From NCBI GenBank assembly GCA_030704615.1, contig CM060732.1, positions 14,570,001 through 14,634,000 on the forward strand: a stretch of DNA of 64,000 nt, written 5' to 3'. The notes under the pieces were generated by a model, which did not search any database, was not told the DNA's origin, and worked only from the letters and a program-made list of their open reading frames with translations. Shown piece after piece: positions 12,960-25,800 of the stretch (the stretch's first letter is position 1; each line of letters starts with the position of its first letter). The DNA is from Takakia lepidozioides (lineage: Eukaryota > Plantae > Bryophyta). Made by a program: the position numbers and the translations under genes.

Positions 12960-15669
12960 TTTGTGCAGCTCGTTCACGCTCAACGCCGGTGCATGAATAA
13001 AGTCATCAATAGTCAGAAGAATGAACTTTTTGTGGCTAACAAGGCTTGGAAATAAGCCAATAATCTGGCTGCTGCCTATGCGGCCCTGGTTGAACCTCAT
13101 GCAAAGCGCATGGAGGCTTTATAGCAGTAGTTAGATGTGTACAGACTTAAGGAGGAGCAGGCTCTCAGGGGTGTTACGCAAGACTTGGTGGATAATCATC
13201 TTATGCAAGTATGGTTAACACAAGGGCCGGTGGAAGGGAAGGCACCACGCAAGCTCACCCAGGGGGAGATGAATGATATCAGGTTGCAAGTCCAGAACAT
13301 TGCCACAACTACTATAGACAATGTCTATAGTAGAATAGCTGAGTTACAGGATGATGTGGAAGGACTGCAGACTCAAGTGGATGACCTGAACTCAAACATT
13401 GACAACAGAGCTTTAGTTCCTGAAGAGCAACTCATGGCTACTTATCTGTAGGCCAGGACTTTGATTTTCCAATCTTCATCACAGGAGGTGCAAGAGTTGC
13501 TAGCAGTAGGAGGGACAGCAGCGGCAATATCACAACCTCCATAGCAGGTTGTTGTGCAGGTGACTGACATTGTTAATACCACGCAGCCACAGTCTGAGGT
13601 TTGGGGGGATGCTACTTTCAACCCACCTAGAACTCCTGCTGCACGGGAGTACAATTGGGCTATGATTATGCCCTTCGACCAAATTCCCATTGTGATGGAT
13701 TTGGCTTGGAAGGAATTCAGTCCTCCCCAATCTTTGGCACATTATTACCAGATTATGCGCATTTGGTTGCCAGTGGCAACTCGGACTAAGGTTCTTCCGA
13801 ACAATCGACCCATTGAGGATCATCATTTTGCAAGGTACTGGTTGGAGGCAAGCACCATGCTGAAGGAATTAATTGCCTTCCAGGTTGTTCATGGGACATC
13901 TACACCAAGACTATGGAGGTATCTAGTATTGTCATGGGCTGTGGATTGTACTATGCTGCTTGTTTCATGGCACGTTATCACATTGAGCAGCAGAAGATGC
14001 AATCACGATTTTTGAGTTATTCCAGTGGGGATCATTGGGTCTTACCTTCAGTTCCGCCCCATATGTATCTCTATGATGCGAAAGTCATGATACAGAAGGA
14101 TTCCCAGCTTCGTTCATGGTTTAATCTGGCTTGGACCAACTTGGTCAAGGAAAAATTGGGCCCTGATGATATTTTCTATAAGGGACATGAAGCTTGGAAA
14201 TACTTACACTGTTCCAAAGTCATTGGCACACCTCTCACCTATACGGCCAAAGAGTTCAGGGAGTTCACTCATTTTGCTTGCCAACGTTTATAGCAAGTAG
14301 TCAAGTTTAAGCTTCCAAACATGGTGGGCCAACATTGTATGCCACGCAGGATTCCGGATGAGCCACTTAAAGTTCGGCCGCCAAAACACCTCAGGGAGGA
14401 AGATGATTATGATACTACTGGTTCTTCAGAGGAACCTTTTGACATGGCGGAGGACTATGCACTCTAGATGGCAGAGAAGAAACGACGGGGATCTCCTATG
14501 CCTGAGAGGTTACCTCCTTATCAACCACAGGCGGGTCAGACATTTCCATTTGGTGCTCAATCACCTCGATCAGCCAGTGACAGGGCTCGAGCTCGTACAC
14601 AGAGCCCTTCAAGAGACTTGCACTGTCAGAAGGGTGCTTGCTCATAAAGGTTTACTGATCCTAACAGTAAACCGTGAGGACACGGCTTTTTGAGAGGGGG
14701 AGGGGTAAAATTAGAGGGTTGTTTGGGACTTAGACGCTTTTACGGGTTCTGTGGGGTACCCTTAATTTTGCGCAGACTTACAGATGGTAGACTTAGGCCA
14801 CATAGGTTTAGGGGTGGTAGACAGGCTCACACAGTCAAGTCATGGGTTATCACAGCCCGACACAGCCCGTCACAGTCTATCACAGCTTAACAAAGTCCGA
14901 CACAGCTTTGCACAGCCAGTCACAGCCCGACACAGCATGACACAGCCCGACACAGTTTTACACAGCCAGTCACAGCTCGGCACAGTAACAACCCAACACA
15001 GTTTGGCACAACCCGTCACAACGCACGGAGGGAACGATTATCATTATCAGGGAACTACTATGTGGGAACGACATCTGCAGAGGGAACGTGTTACTTCAAG
15101 GGTGACAGTTAGTTAGTTAGGCGGTTGGAACAGCTTGCAAGTAGATTAGGCAGAGCAGCACCGGGTAGGGGATCACTTCACGGGGAGCGCTTCTTGGTCA
15201 TGCATGAGGGGAGATCAGGCGGAGAGCAAGAACGGGAGCAAGGATGGAGAGCACGGTGAAGGAGGAAAGATGAACAATAGATGCTTGTTACATGCAAAGC
15301 TGTAGTGATATTGTAGGGCAGATTAGAGTCACCATGGCATTGGCTTGATACCTGATAAATCATAATCTGATACTTATTCAATACAATCACACTGAGTAGA
15401 GAGACATGAGTGAAGCTGTGGAATGAATGGATGAGTGAATGGAACTTGGTAGATACTGAAGCAATCTGATGCTTCAGTATACACAGTAAGGTAAATTGCT
15501 AACATGAAGGCAAGAAGAAATACAAATATGAAGCACAACCATGATTCACTAGCTGTAGGTCATGACTGATTGTTCTGAGCGGGCTGAGTGCTTAGAGATA
15601 TCCAACTCTTCTATCTTGGAGTTTCCACCTCGGATAGCGAAGGGATGGGTGAGTAAAAGCCGCTCGACA
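12960..15669 (+). mobile_element. LTR retrotransposon 3' fragment (second copy): interrupted accessory ORF, PPT and 3' LTR (14709-15669)
   Basis: Shares KGHEAWKYLHCSKVIGTPLTYTAKEFR with 10729-11185. PPT at ~14692-14705. The LTR is homologous to 11282-12175 and ends ...gccgctcgaCA. Confidence 0.85.
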
Positions 15670-16150
15670 AAGGGGTGAAGCACAACCACATCACGTTTGT
15701 GTGCGTTTGCAATGCTTGTGCAAAGCCTGGCAGCCCTGGAAAAGGGCAAAGAGGTGCATGGTGACATCATCAAAGCTGGAATTGTACCAAATGTCATTCC
15801 GGACACTGTCCTAGTGGACATATGTTGAGGATGCAAAGGGAGTATTTGACAATGTGCAGGCTGAACGAAATATGGTGTCGTGGAACACGATGATTGCAGG
15901 ATATGCCCAACATGGTTGTCATAGGGAGGTCCTGCAACTATTTGAAAGAATGCAAAAGAACGGTTTGAAGCCGGACAATATCACCTTTATATGTGTTCTC
16001 TCTGCATGCAGCCACATTGGCCTACTGGATGAAATAAGACACTACTTCGATTCCCTTAGTCAAGATCATGGTGTCACTCTGACAGTAAAGCACTTTGGCT
16101 GCATGGTAGACCTTCTTGGACGTGCGAGACAACTGGATGAGGCAGTGGAC
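15670..16150 (+). pseudogene. PLS-class pentatricopeptide repeat (PPR) gene fragment, truncated by the LTR element
   Basis: GVKHNHITFVCV..NAC / LAALEKGKEVHGDIIKAG (frameshifted), then RNMVSWNTMIAGYAQHG..EVLQLFERMQKNGLKPDNITFICVLSACSHIGL..KHFGCMVDLLGRARQLDEA. Confidence 0.9.
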
Positions 16151-17741
16151 AGAGGCATAGTGTGGCAATCTTGTTTCTTCAGAGAGTTCAGCAAGGATGC
16201 TGGCATCAGTCGAACAATATATGCAGTAAAATGTTGGTTTGGTGTGAAATTTGGCATGCATTTTGCATTTGTACTATATATTATGAAAATTTGGGATAGC
16301 TCTTTCGGAAAATTCAAAAAGCCCCTCAACATGCTTGGTCAAAGCAAATAAACATGATTCTGGGGTCAAATCTTGCTACTTGACGGGCGTGGTATTCCCT
16401 TCTCCCCCTTCCCTGGGCGGTGTCTCACTTATACGCCTCCATGGCGCGGTTACTGTGAAAGATAAAGATAAAGATAAAGTTTCTTTAACGTCCAGTGAAT
16501 TTACAGAGCCTACTGCTCAACACATAGGCCATCGAGGGCCCAATGGACGGTCTGAAGGCACATGTTGAAGGATTGAATCCAGGATCACCTAGGTTATGCA
16601 TAAGCAAGGCACAAACACCCAACCACTGGGCTACATGCTCAAGAAAGAGGTTATTTTCTCCTCTCACTATTAAGGGGCCTGATTTGTGAGCTGTCAAAAA
16701 TAGTGAAAATAAATGTTTTTTTCAAACAAACAAAAAGAAAACTTTTCCAAGAGAAGTTAGAACAATATATTTCTCAAACTCAACTGTGAAATTTTCTAAA
16801 ATTTGGGGAGATGGTGTAGATGCCAGGTAGGTATGTATGTGTATGGTCAATTTTTGTGGATGAATGCTGGTGGTTAGCCCCCCTTTAGTTCCAAGAGGTA
16901 GGAAGTTTTGGGAATGAAAAAACTCACCTTGTAGGAAGTTAAGGATTAAAGATGGTTCAAGTTCCAACTTATGTTTTGAAAGGTACTACTTGCAGAGCCC
17001 ACCAAAATAAGGTTGAGCCTTTGAGGCAGGAAAAGCCCTACAAGCATGGCCCTCCCCCTCCTCGTATAGCCACCCGACTCGCCCTCTTCAGAGAGAGTTG
17101 GAGTTCCCAGATAAAAAATGTTTCAAAACTGCCATTCTCCCCCATCGGGCTGGGTTCCATGTCCCTTTAGAAAAATCTGGAGGTCACATGCATGCTCCAA
17201 ATGGCATGCATAAATTGGAGCAGGTGGGCCACCTCATGTGCTATAAATGCTCAGAAAGAATGAATGTAAACAAACTTCATCTACAAAAGTTAGGATGGTT
17301 CATCCAAATTGCGCAACCTGAAACGGGTCACGTAGGAAGTTAAGGGTAAAATCAATATGTACACTATTTAATATGTAAAGTAGTTTCATTCGGCCCGGTT
17401 AATTCTAGAGTGGTCCAGGAATTAGCGTGGTCCAGGAGTTAAAAGAGGGGGCCAATGTATTAAGGCCACCTGTATTAATTAATGAAATGAAGGGTCCAAA
17501 AATTAAGGATTAACTTTCTAGCGTGGGCTTTCTAGATAGTTCTAGTTCTAGCTGATTTTCTAGATAGTTCTAGTTCTAGTTGACTTTCTACATAGTTCCA
17601 GTTTCTAGATACTTCTACTAATATGTCGGTCCAGTGAGAAGCAACTCACTAGTTGCTTATAACTTGTGTCTTCATCATGTTGGCACAGGCACTAGTAGTG
17701 TGTCTCACTAGTGGTTTGAGAGCCAGAGCCAGCGTGAGTAG

Positions 17742-18115
17742 TTGTTTGCTATGTTGGGGGTCGGGCCAAGTATGGCAGGTAGGATCAAAGTGGCTGCAAG
17801 AGGGAAAGACAAGGTGGCGGAGGGTGCAGAGAAGTTCATAGAGGCAAGTGTTACTATCGGCGTGGGTGGAGCAGATATCGACATCACATCCTTACAGAAA
17901 ATGGAAGAGTTTATTGCTACCCGCTGCATTTCTGGCTTATGTGCGCTTGAAAGAGGTGACAGTTTGTTCCATTTGCATTTGCAAATGGAGGCTTGCACCA
18001 CCCGGACATCTTGTCCACTGTAAAGCACTTCGTGGTAAAGGGCTTCATACTTTTACGGGCATGGTTGGTTATTGTATGAAAAATGCCGATAAACCAGGTT
18101 TCACATTTGTGCTAC
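17742..18115 (+). mobile_element. Replitron-type HUH endonuclease transposase remnant (internal deletion/frameshift)
   Basis: ASVTIG (motif I), ALERGDSLFHLHLQ (HUH motif II), then in another frame KALRGKGLHTFTGMVGYCMK (YxxK motif III). Upstream ttctagatagttctag repeats at 17515-17620. Confidence 0.75.
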
Positions 18116-19639
18116 ACTCTTTTCAGTACACCATGATGCTTCTTTGCAAGTTGGCAAACATATCCATGATGACTCGGAAGCATTATGGGATGATCCAGCA
18201 ACAGTTGCTCACTTGGACAGATGTATTGAGAGGCACAACTTGGCCACACAGGTGACAAATTTTGGTCATACTTTCAACAACCTTACCAACTGTCCAATTA
18301 TTGTCGTGCCCAATCATTCAAGCGCAATGGAGGTGTTAAAGGCACTATGGAAACCTGAGTAGATCTGATCTATTTGACCCAGTTTCCTAGAAGAAGGCGA
18401 AGAAGACGACGGGCCACTGTGGCGCCTTGCAACCTTTCGGGGATGCTCTATGCTCAAGCCAAGTTTCTTCTACCAATTGCGTGTTGTTTGAGTGTTAGCA
18501 GGTCTTCAGATGGTTGTGAATCGTGTCTACACACAGTTAGTCTAGCTAAACAACTATAGACATGATCAAGAGAGCTCGAAGTTTGTCTTGCTCAATGTTG
18601 CAGATTGAGCAAATTTGAAGACACTGTATACATTCATAGTTCATCACAATAGTGATTACATTTTTTGAGCATTGCTAGAGATTATGGCAATGTCACATGT
18701 ACATAAACTGCCAATTTCAATTGTCATTTTGATGGAGGTACTTAGAGTTTGTGTTTCTCTCACGAGTCTCTGCCAGGACTATCTTTATGCTTATTTCAAT
18801 ACGTGATCATGCAATAGCTGCAGATCGTAATAGAAACCGAAAAGTCAAACTAGCACATTATGCGTTTGCATAATGTACCAGAAGCCAGTGCGCAAAAGCA
18901 TAATCTGCGAGCAATGTGGCTAAAGCAGGATTGATTTTCATAATTTTCTGGGAAATGAACTGGTATAAGCTGCCCAACAAAAATCCATATATGCCCGCAA
19001 AAAATAATCATGATTCTGCCGAGTAAGAGACCTCAAAAGCGGCAGAATCGACTACCTACTGACTATTACGGGTTATATATTGAGATTTCTTTTAATTGCT
19101 GGATGGTCGAGCGTCAAACTTTATTAATAAAGTATAGAAAGTTTGAAAAGTGGGTAACGCAAGAGTTGCATAAATGAGAACCAAGAGTCAACCTACTGCA
19201 GGTTGCTATACAGGAAGCCACCAGTCATTAAAATGCATGGTGAGTGTCACTAAATCTGTGAACAAGTGGAATAAAGGGGACCTGGGTAGCTATGACTTGA
19301 TCCATTGGTGTATGAGTGGTCCTTTCTGAACCGGCAGAGTTAGATTGCACAGGTGAAGCGGTTATCAGCAACTTGCATAGAGAAGAGGTCTCGAAGTCGT
19401 GAAGAACCGGTGGAGCACTCGTAGAAAATTCGAGCAATGTCGACCATCTCCAATTCTTGCGGTTGCACCATTGCCTTCCAGATAGAACCAGCTCTGTGGA
19501 AATCCATTCCACTATTTTTCTAGGGCACCACCCATGCAGCTGCAGGGTAAAACTGACCGGATTTTAGCATGCTCAGTAACACAGACGGCAAATTAACAGT
19601 TGCAACACAAACGGTGGTTGCAACTGTTTAAGAAAAGAA

Positions 19640-22527
19640 AAAAAATGCGACCACCCCTGCTGGTGGTCGCATCTATTTAAAAAAAACAAAAAATGCTGCG
19701 ACAACCCCTCTGCTAGTGGTCGCAACTATTAAAAAATAAGATAAATTCTGCGACCACCACCATTTGGAGGTCACACCAACTTAAGACTAATGATTTAAAA
19801 ATGACCTCAACTATTGGCGGATGGAGTAATTTATAAAACAATTCATTCACTTGCCAAGGTGTCGCTTGGAATACAACGTGTCCACCTACGTGACATATTT
19901 TTCACCTAACTCATGTTTTACTGATTTTTCGGCAAAACTGACGTGACGTTGGTCGCGTCAGCGTCAGGTCCGACGTCATTGACGTATGCAACCCTGGTGG
20001 ATATGCTAGCTGGATTCTTCAGTCAAGTCCAGAAGAAATATGGAAATCTTTATCCACTTGAGAGGTAAATGTTTGCAAACCCTACCACTTAATGTCTTAA
20101 TTTTCATTGTCTTAAGATGATATGTTGCGGCTAGTAGACATTCTAACTTGGAAGCTTGTTTGTTTTTGTAGTGGTACAGTAAAATGCGCGTTGGGCAACG
20201 CAATCTGTCAACATGGTTAAAAGTGATTACAGTTGATACCGAAGGTAACAGTGAAGGGCAGTTTACAAACAAAACTCCAAGGGTTTCAACAATAAGCCGC
20301 TTAAATCGAATGGGAGTCCACCTAAGATTGGTATGAGGATAACAGGCCATCAAACTGAGGAAGGATATATGAGATATGACAGAGATCAGGAGGGTATAAT
20401 GACCCGTGCAGTTTAGAACATCATCTCTGCTATACCTGGTACAGGAGGAGACATAAGCTGGGGGGCAGCCCTGCAGTATGAGACAGAAAGATGGGAAGGG
20501 ATTCAGCGAGGAGAGTCAAACTCTAGATATGATGCTTCTCGAGGGTCTGACTATTCTGTTAGCCCAGTTTGTAGACTTCCAAGTTCTACATGTCTATCTA
20601 CTGTTGTACGTCCTATTTCTACAGGTCATTCTACACCTGCTTCCACTTCTGCTACAAGTCCAGTTGTGTTGGTACAAAAGGATTGTGGATCAGGTGACAT
20701 GTGCAACAACAAAGAACTCCATACAATTTTTCAAATCGATCGATTGCCGAATTTGAATCGGGAACCTATAAAATCTTGCGGATCTAGCGAATCGGTTCTT
20801 GCCAAAGTTTCTATGAGTCATGTGGTGTCTGGTGGTCATTCCGATGAACGTGACCCTAGTTCGAAGCAGTTATCACTTGTTCCAGAAGTACCTGGACTCA
20901 TTCAACCGTTAGGCACTCTGCAACCAATCCTTCAACATGTTATCGGTGAGCTGCCTGCACATTTTGTATTTGCTCCACATTTGTGCGCGCTCCAATACAT
21001 TCTGATGTATGAGGCATACACGGTTCTTCGTCAAGGACGCACCGTATCTGATATACAAATCTAGACCTTCCTGCATCTGGTCGACACTTACATTTCTGCA
21101 TGGGGGTGGTCGCAAAAATTTTCTGTTTTTTTAATAGGTGCGACCACCAGCAGGGGGTGGTCGCAGAATTTTTTCTTTATTTATTTATATTTAAATATTC
21201 TCTGTGTCCACGAGCATGGGGTGGTCGCAGCATTTTTCTTTTTTTTAATAGGTGCGACCACCAGCATGGTGGTGGTCGCATAATTTTTTTATTTGTTTAA
21301 TAGGTGCGACCACCAGCAGGGGGGTGGTCACATAAATTTTCTATTTTTTAATAGGTGCGATACCAGCAGGGGGTGGTCGCAGCAATTTATTTATTTATTT
21401 TTAAATAATCTCTGTGACCACGAGCATGGAGGTGGTCGCAACATTTTTCTTTTTTTTAATTACGAGACCTGCTCCAAGGCCACCACGAAATCCGGGACAA
21501 GCCCAGAGACGGCAGAAAATTGTAAAACCTTTTATTGGTGACCGACCTGTGAACAGGCCTGATACCCTAGATGGTATTCATGATAGGAGTGGAAACCGAC
21601 CAAAGAGACAACTGAACGTACTCCAAGGACAACTACAGGTCCAATGGCCAGTTGCCTCTGGAAACGAAAGAACAGATGGAGATCATGATTCTAGCACTGA
21701 TAATGGGAACGGGAGTGAAGTGAGTGGGGACGAAGATTTTGTACTAGGCGTGAGATCATACCATTGTCGTCGTGCCAGACGGAATTAGGTACAACTATAA
21801 CTTCTGTCACATGATGTGTAGTATGTTTCCATGGATATCCATGTTTCAGTTTGGGTACATGTATACGTGTACGGAAATAAAAATGGTGGAATATGTGTAC
21901 CCAAGAAAGGGTTTGGTGGTTGTGCGTGTGTTTGTGTTTCGTCATTACCTTTACATTGTTGATTTCTTATTATGGTTTCGAAAGCCACAAAGGCCAGGTG
22001 CAGCTCCCAACATTCATCTTCCCCTTCACAAATCCATGGGGAGTCGATACATGTGCTTTTCATCTGCCTCTCCAAACATACATACAGGTGCAAGGGGACC
22101 AACCTCCTGGTGGTCGCATTTTTTTTTTTAAAAACAATTGTGTGACCACCAGTAGCGGTCGTCGCAACTGTTAAAATAAAAGAAAAATGTTGCGACCGCC
22201 CCCCTGCTGGTAGTCGCACCTATTTACTGATTCACTGATTACCCCTGCTGGTGGTCGCAGTTTTTTTTGTTTTTGGGAAACACCTGGGAGCGACAGCTCA
22301 CAAATCAAGCCCCCTAGTAGTGAGAGGAGAAAATAACCTCTTTCATTTATGCGCCAAGAGGCGTAGGAATGGGGCACCACACGCGAACCATACCACACCC
22401 ATCAAGTAGCAAGATTTGACCCCAGAATCGTCCGGGTCGCACTCAGTGCACTTAACCAACTGAGCTACTAACTGTTGGTAGATATTAAAAAATCGGAAAA
22501 TTATGCGACCACCCCCCTACGACCACC
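19640..22527. repeat. Dispersed clusters of TGCGACCACC..GGTGGTCGCA inverted-repeat motif (19645-19770, 21100-21445, 22105-22260, 22503-22527); probable subterminal repeats of another DNA TE
   Basis: e.g. aataggtgcgaccaccagcagggggtggtcgca, repeated with AT-rich spacers. Confidence 0.7.
22390..22470 (-). repeat. tRNA-like (SINE-head-like) remnant
   Basis: The minus strand reads TAGCTCAGTTGGTTAAG (A box) ... GGGTCAAATC (B-box-like). Part of it recurs inverted at ~16355-16395. No clean cloverleaf. Confidence 0.35.
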
Positions 22528-22839
22528 GGGGGCTGCTATTTCATGAGCGGCATGAGCATGAGCGGAAAAAAAAAAAGCATGAGCGGGCCGAATTGTGTCC
22601 ACGGAAATAGGGTTAGGAGGCACGAAAATAGGGTCATGTGGACTCGTCATAGCAATGAAATGCAACATTTTATTGCAAATTTGGTGGCAAGCCAAGTCTA
22701 TACAAGTGTGTCCTAACTGTCATAGCAGGAATGGGAACTACTCTCCTACACCTTCCGAGGAACTTGGCCCTCCTTCTTCCTCATCCCCCTCATCCCCCCC
22801 ATCCTCCGAGCTCTGTGATGCATCGGTTGCAGTATGCCT

Positions 22840-25800
22840 CTAAAAAATGTTGTCCTCTCCTTGGGGGACTGTCCACCTCACCTCCTGGGAATCTTCTGCC
22901 TCTTCTCCCCCACTTTCCTCAGCAGAATCCAACACAAATCTACGAGCCCGACGGGCTCTAATAGTTGTTGCCTCCTCCCTCATCTTCATTTTCTTGAGGC
23001 TTGCCTCGTCTAAAATTTGCTGTACACGACTAGGTTTGGAACACCTCCTAATGGACACCGAAGCAAGCCGGGCAGCATAAGTAGGAAGGATGTAGTCCCT
23101 TTCTGGACTAGGCATGAAATCCCCCCTGGCAAAAAAAGGCACGTTCCTCTTGCCCATGAACTCCAATGTAGACGTCCCTCCTGCCGTACTTGGCATCCTA
23201 CATTAAGAACAAATCCACGTCAAGAATGTCAATACCAGCAGAAGCAGAAAGGGTTTTCAATGAAATAAGAGAGCGAAGGGAGGTGCCTCACGAAATCTGG
23301 AGGCAACTTACAATGCGACCACTCACTCGTACACCGGGGGCTCCTCGGCCTCGATCCCAACTTGTTCCTCTCCCTGCTCCTTCTCGGATTTTTCCTCATC
23401 CTCCGAGGATGCCTCTTCCTCTTTTGGCAGCCGTTCAGCCGCTGCAAGTTCCGAGTTGTAGAGGGCAGTATCTGGCTCGAAGGCGAACACATGCCTGTCG
23501 GACAACGTCCCTGCCCACATTGAAGCACCTGAGGAACAAAACGGGCGGTTAATAGCTTGCGGCATGCAATTGCAATCGGGCCAGGGGACAAACTGAGCAC
23601 GTGAAGGCTTACCCGTGCCGCATGTGAGGTCCAGAATCCGCCCTTGGACATCCGAGCACATCTCCATGAGGGTTTGGATGAAAGCAGGGCTCCGGGTCCG
23701 GCTGTACCGCCACGGTTTGCCTGTCTTTGTGTCCTTCGGCATACTGGAGTGGGGCACATAGTTGTAGAGGACATCGTAGGTAACAGGGTCCACAGCGGCA
23801 TCAACAAGACGACCGTCATTGCGGAATTTGAACGTAGACCCTCTCTTCACAAAGCAATATGCCTCAAACACCAATGTCTGCACATCCAACAAAAGAGGGA
23901 TCAACTCCGGGATCTTGTTTATATACACCACAATATGAGGTGAATGTAATAGATTGATAACTTACACTTTGGCCCTCTGTTCGCAACCCCTGTGTATTGA
24001 TGCAGAACCATTTTCTGAGGAGGACCGGGGTGACACTTTTCGGTGTCCACCTTGCCACCGCATTCTCTGTGGTCTTCCCTCTTGTGGCAAGGACAACCAC
24101 AAATCCACCATCATCCAGAAGCATCCCCGCCAGCCCAAACCCGGCTTTCCAGTAGTCCTCAGTAAACCTGTTCCAGGTGGGCACACCATCCATGCCCTCC
24201 AGCAGCTCCCCATCTGGAATGTCGAGGAGAATCATATCGCAAGCTCTCTCCACCTCAACCCCCCCCCCCCGAGTGCTCTTGCAATCCGTGCTCACAGCCG
24301 TGAAGAATTCCATCATGGCTTCAAAACCAGGGGTGTCTTTAGGCTCTGTACCGGCAGCCCTCTTCTTGGCTTTCCCCTTCTGCTCCGCCAGAGACTTGTT
24401 GTGTGCCACCTTCTTTGCCCTGGCAACGAGAGCGTCAATGAAGCTCTCATTGACGCATTGGATGATGGTTGGAGGTTCTAGCTTTGGCCTGTGCGTAAAT
24501 GTCACCTCCGAATACCGCCGTGTAGGCTCGCCCTCAAATGCCAACTTCTTGGCAGAGCCAGTCCCACTCCGAACTGACTTGGGAACCCGGACGACCGGTG
24601 ACTAGGTAGCAGCAACAGCAGTCGCAGGACCTTGAACAAAGTCGTCGTCCGAGTCACTCTCTTGGGTCCTCTCCTGCGCCTGCTCCGATGCCCCGATGGT
24701 TTTCTGTTTTTTGGGTGTTACTGCACTCACCTGTTTCCTTGTCCTTTTCCTTTGGCCTTTACTCTTCTCATTCAATTTCTCCTGAATTCCTGCCTGAGCA
24801 AGCTCTGCCGCATTCCTGGAGTTCGCAAGCGCTTTTGCCTCTTTTGCACCCAGCGGAGGCAGCGGAGCCCGGTTTCGTCGGGCCTCAACATCCAGCTTCA
24901 ATTGAAACTCGGATGGGTCGAGCATGCCGGGCGGAAGGTCCACATACCAAGGGCAATCACGCAAATGTTCCAGATGCCACTCATTCACAATATCGTCAGT
25001 GTACATGGAGTCAGCCCCAGGGTTCCTCCATGCCAGGAAGAATGGTGGCTCGAAAGACAGATGACCTTTCTCCAAAAGGGAGAACTTGCAGTACCTGCAT
25101 TCATGAAAAACACAATGAGGTCCCTGAACTGCAAATTCGGCACCATTTTCCCAGGTTGGGGCGGATCTGAGTGGGCCTAGAAATGGAAAAATGGTGCCGA
25201 ATTTCGGTTTTCGGTGACTGCCACCCTAGGGACTTAGCCATCTTGGGAGCCCTGAACTGGAAATTTGGCGCCATTTTTCCGGTTTGGCCCGAAGATGGCT
25301 AAGTCCCAGAACGGCAATAGGGCCTAGAAATGGAAAAATGGCGCCGAATTTCCAGTTCAGGGCCAGCCACCCTAGGGACTTAGCCATTTTCGGAGCCCTG
25401 ACTGGAAATTCGGCGCCATTTTCCCAGGTCCGGCCCGAATATGGCTAAGTCCCACAAGGGCAATAGGGCCCAGAACTGGAAAAATGGCGCCGAATTTCCA
25501 GTTCAGGGCCAGCCACCCTAGGGACTTAGCCATTTTTGGAGCCCTGATTGGAAATTCGGCGCCATTTTCCCAGGTCCGGCCCGAAAATGGCTAAGTCCCA
25601 TATGGCCTTGACCTGGAAAAATGGCGCCGAATTTCCAGTTCAGGGCCAGCCACCCTAGGGACTTAGCCATTTTCGGAGCCCTGATCTGGAAATTCGGCGA
25701 AAAATGCAAGGACTGTAAGGAAGGCATCGCGTATGTACCTGTACAAAAGGCGCATTGCTGCTTTGTCCGCATTTGGCTGGTCGGTGAACTCGTGGCTCCG

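Noticed and set aside
11282-15669. Single intact LTR element bounded by the two LTRs
   Set aside because: Both LTRs are preceded by a PPT and the same internal sequence, so both are 3' LTRs. There is no PBS after 12175 and no TSD.
19543-19996. Possible hAT-type MITE (CAGGGT...ACCCTG)
   Set aside because: Only 6 bp of inverted match and no 8-bp TSD.
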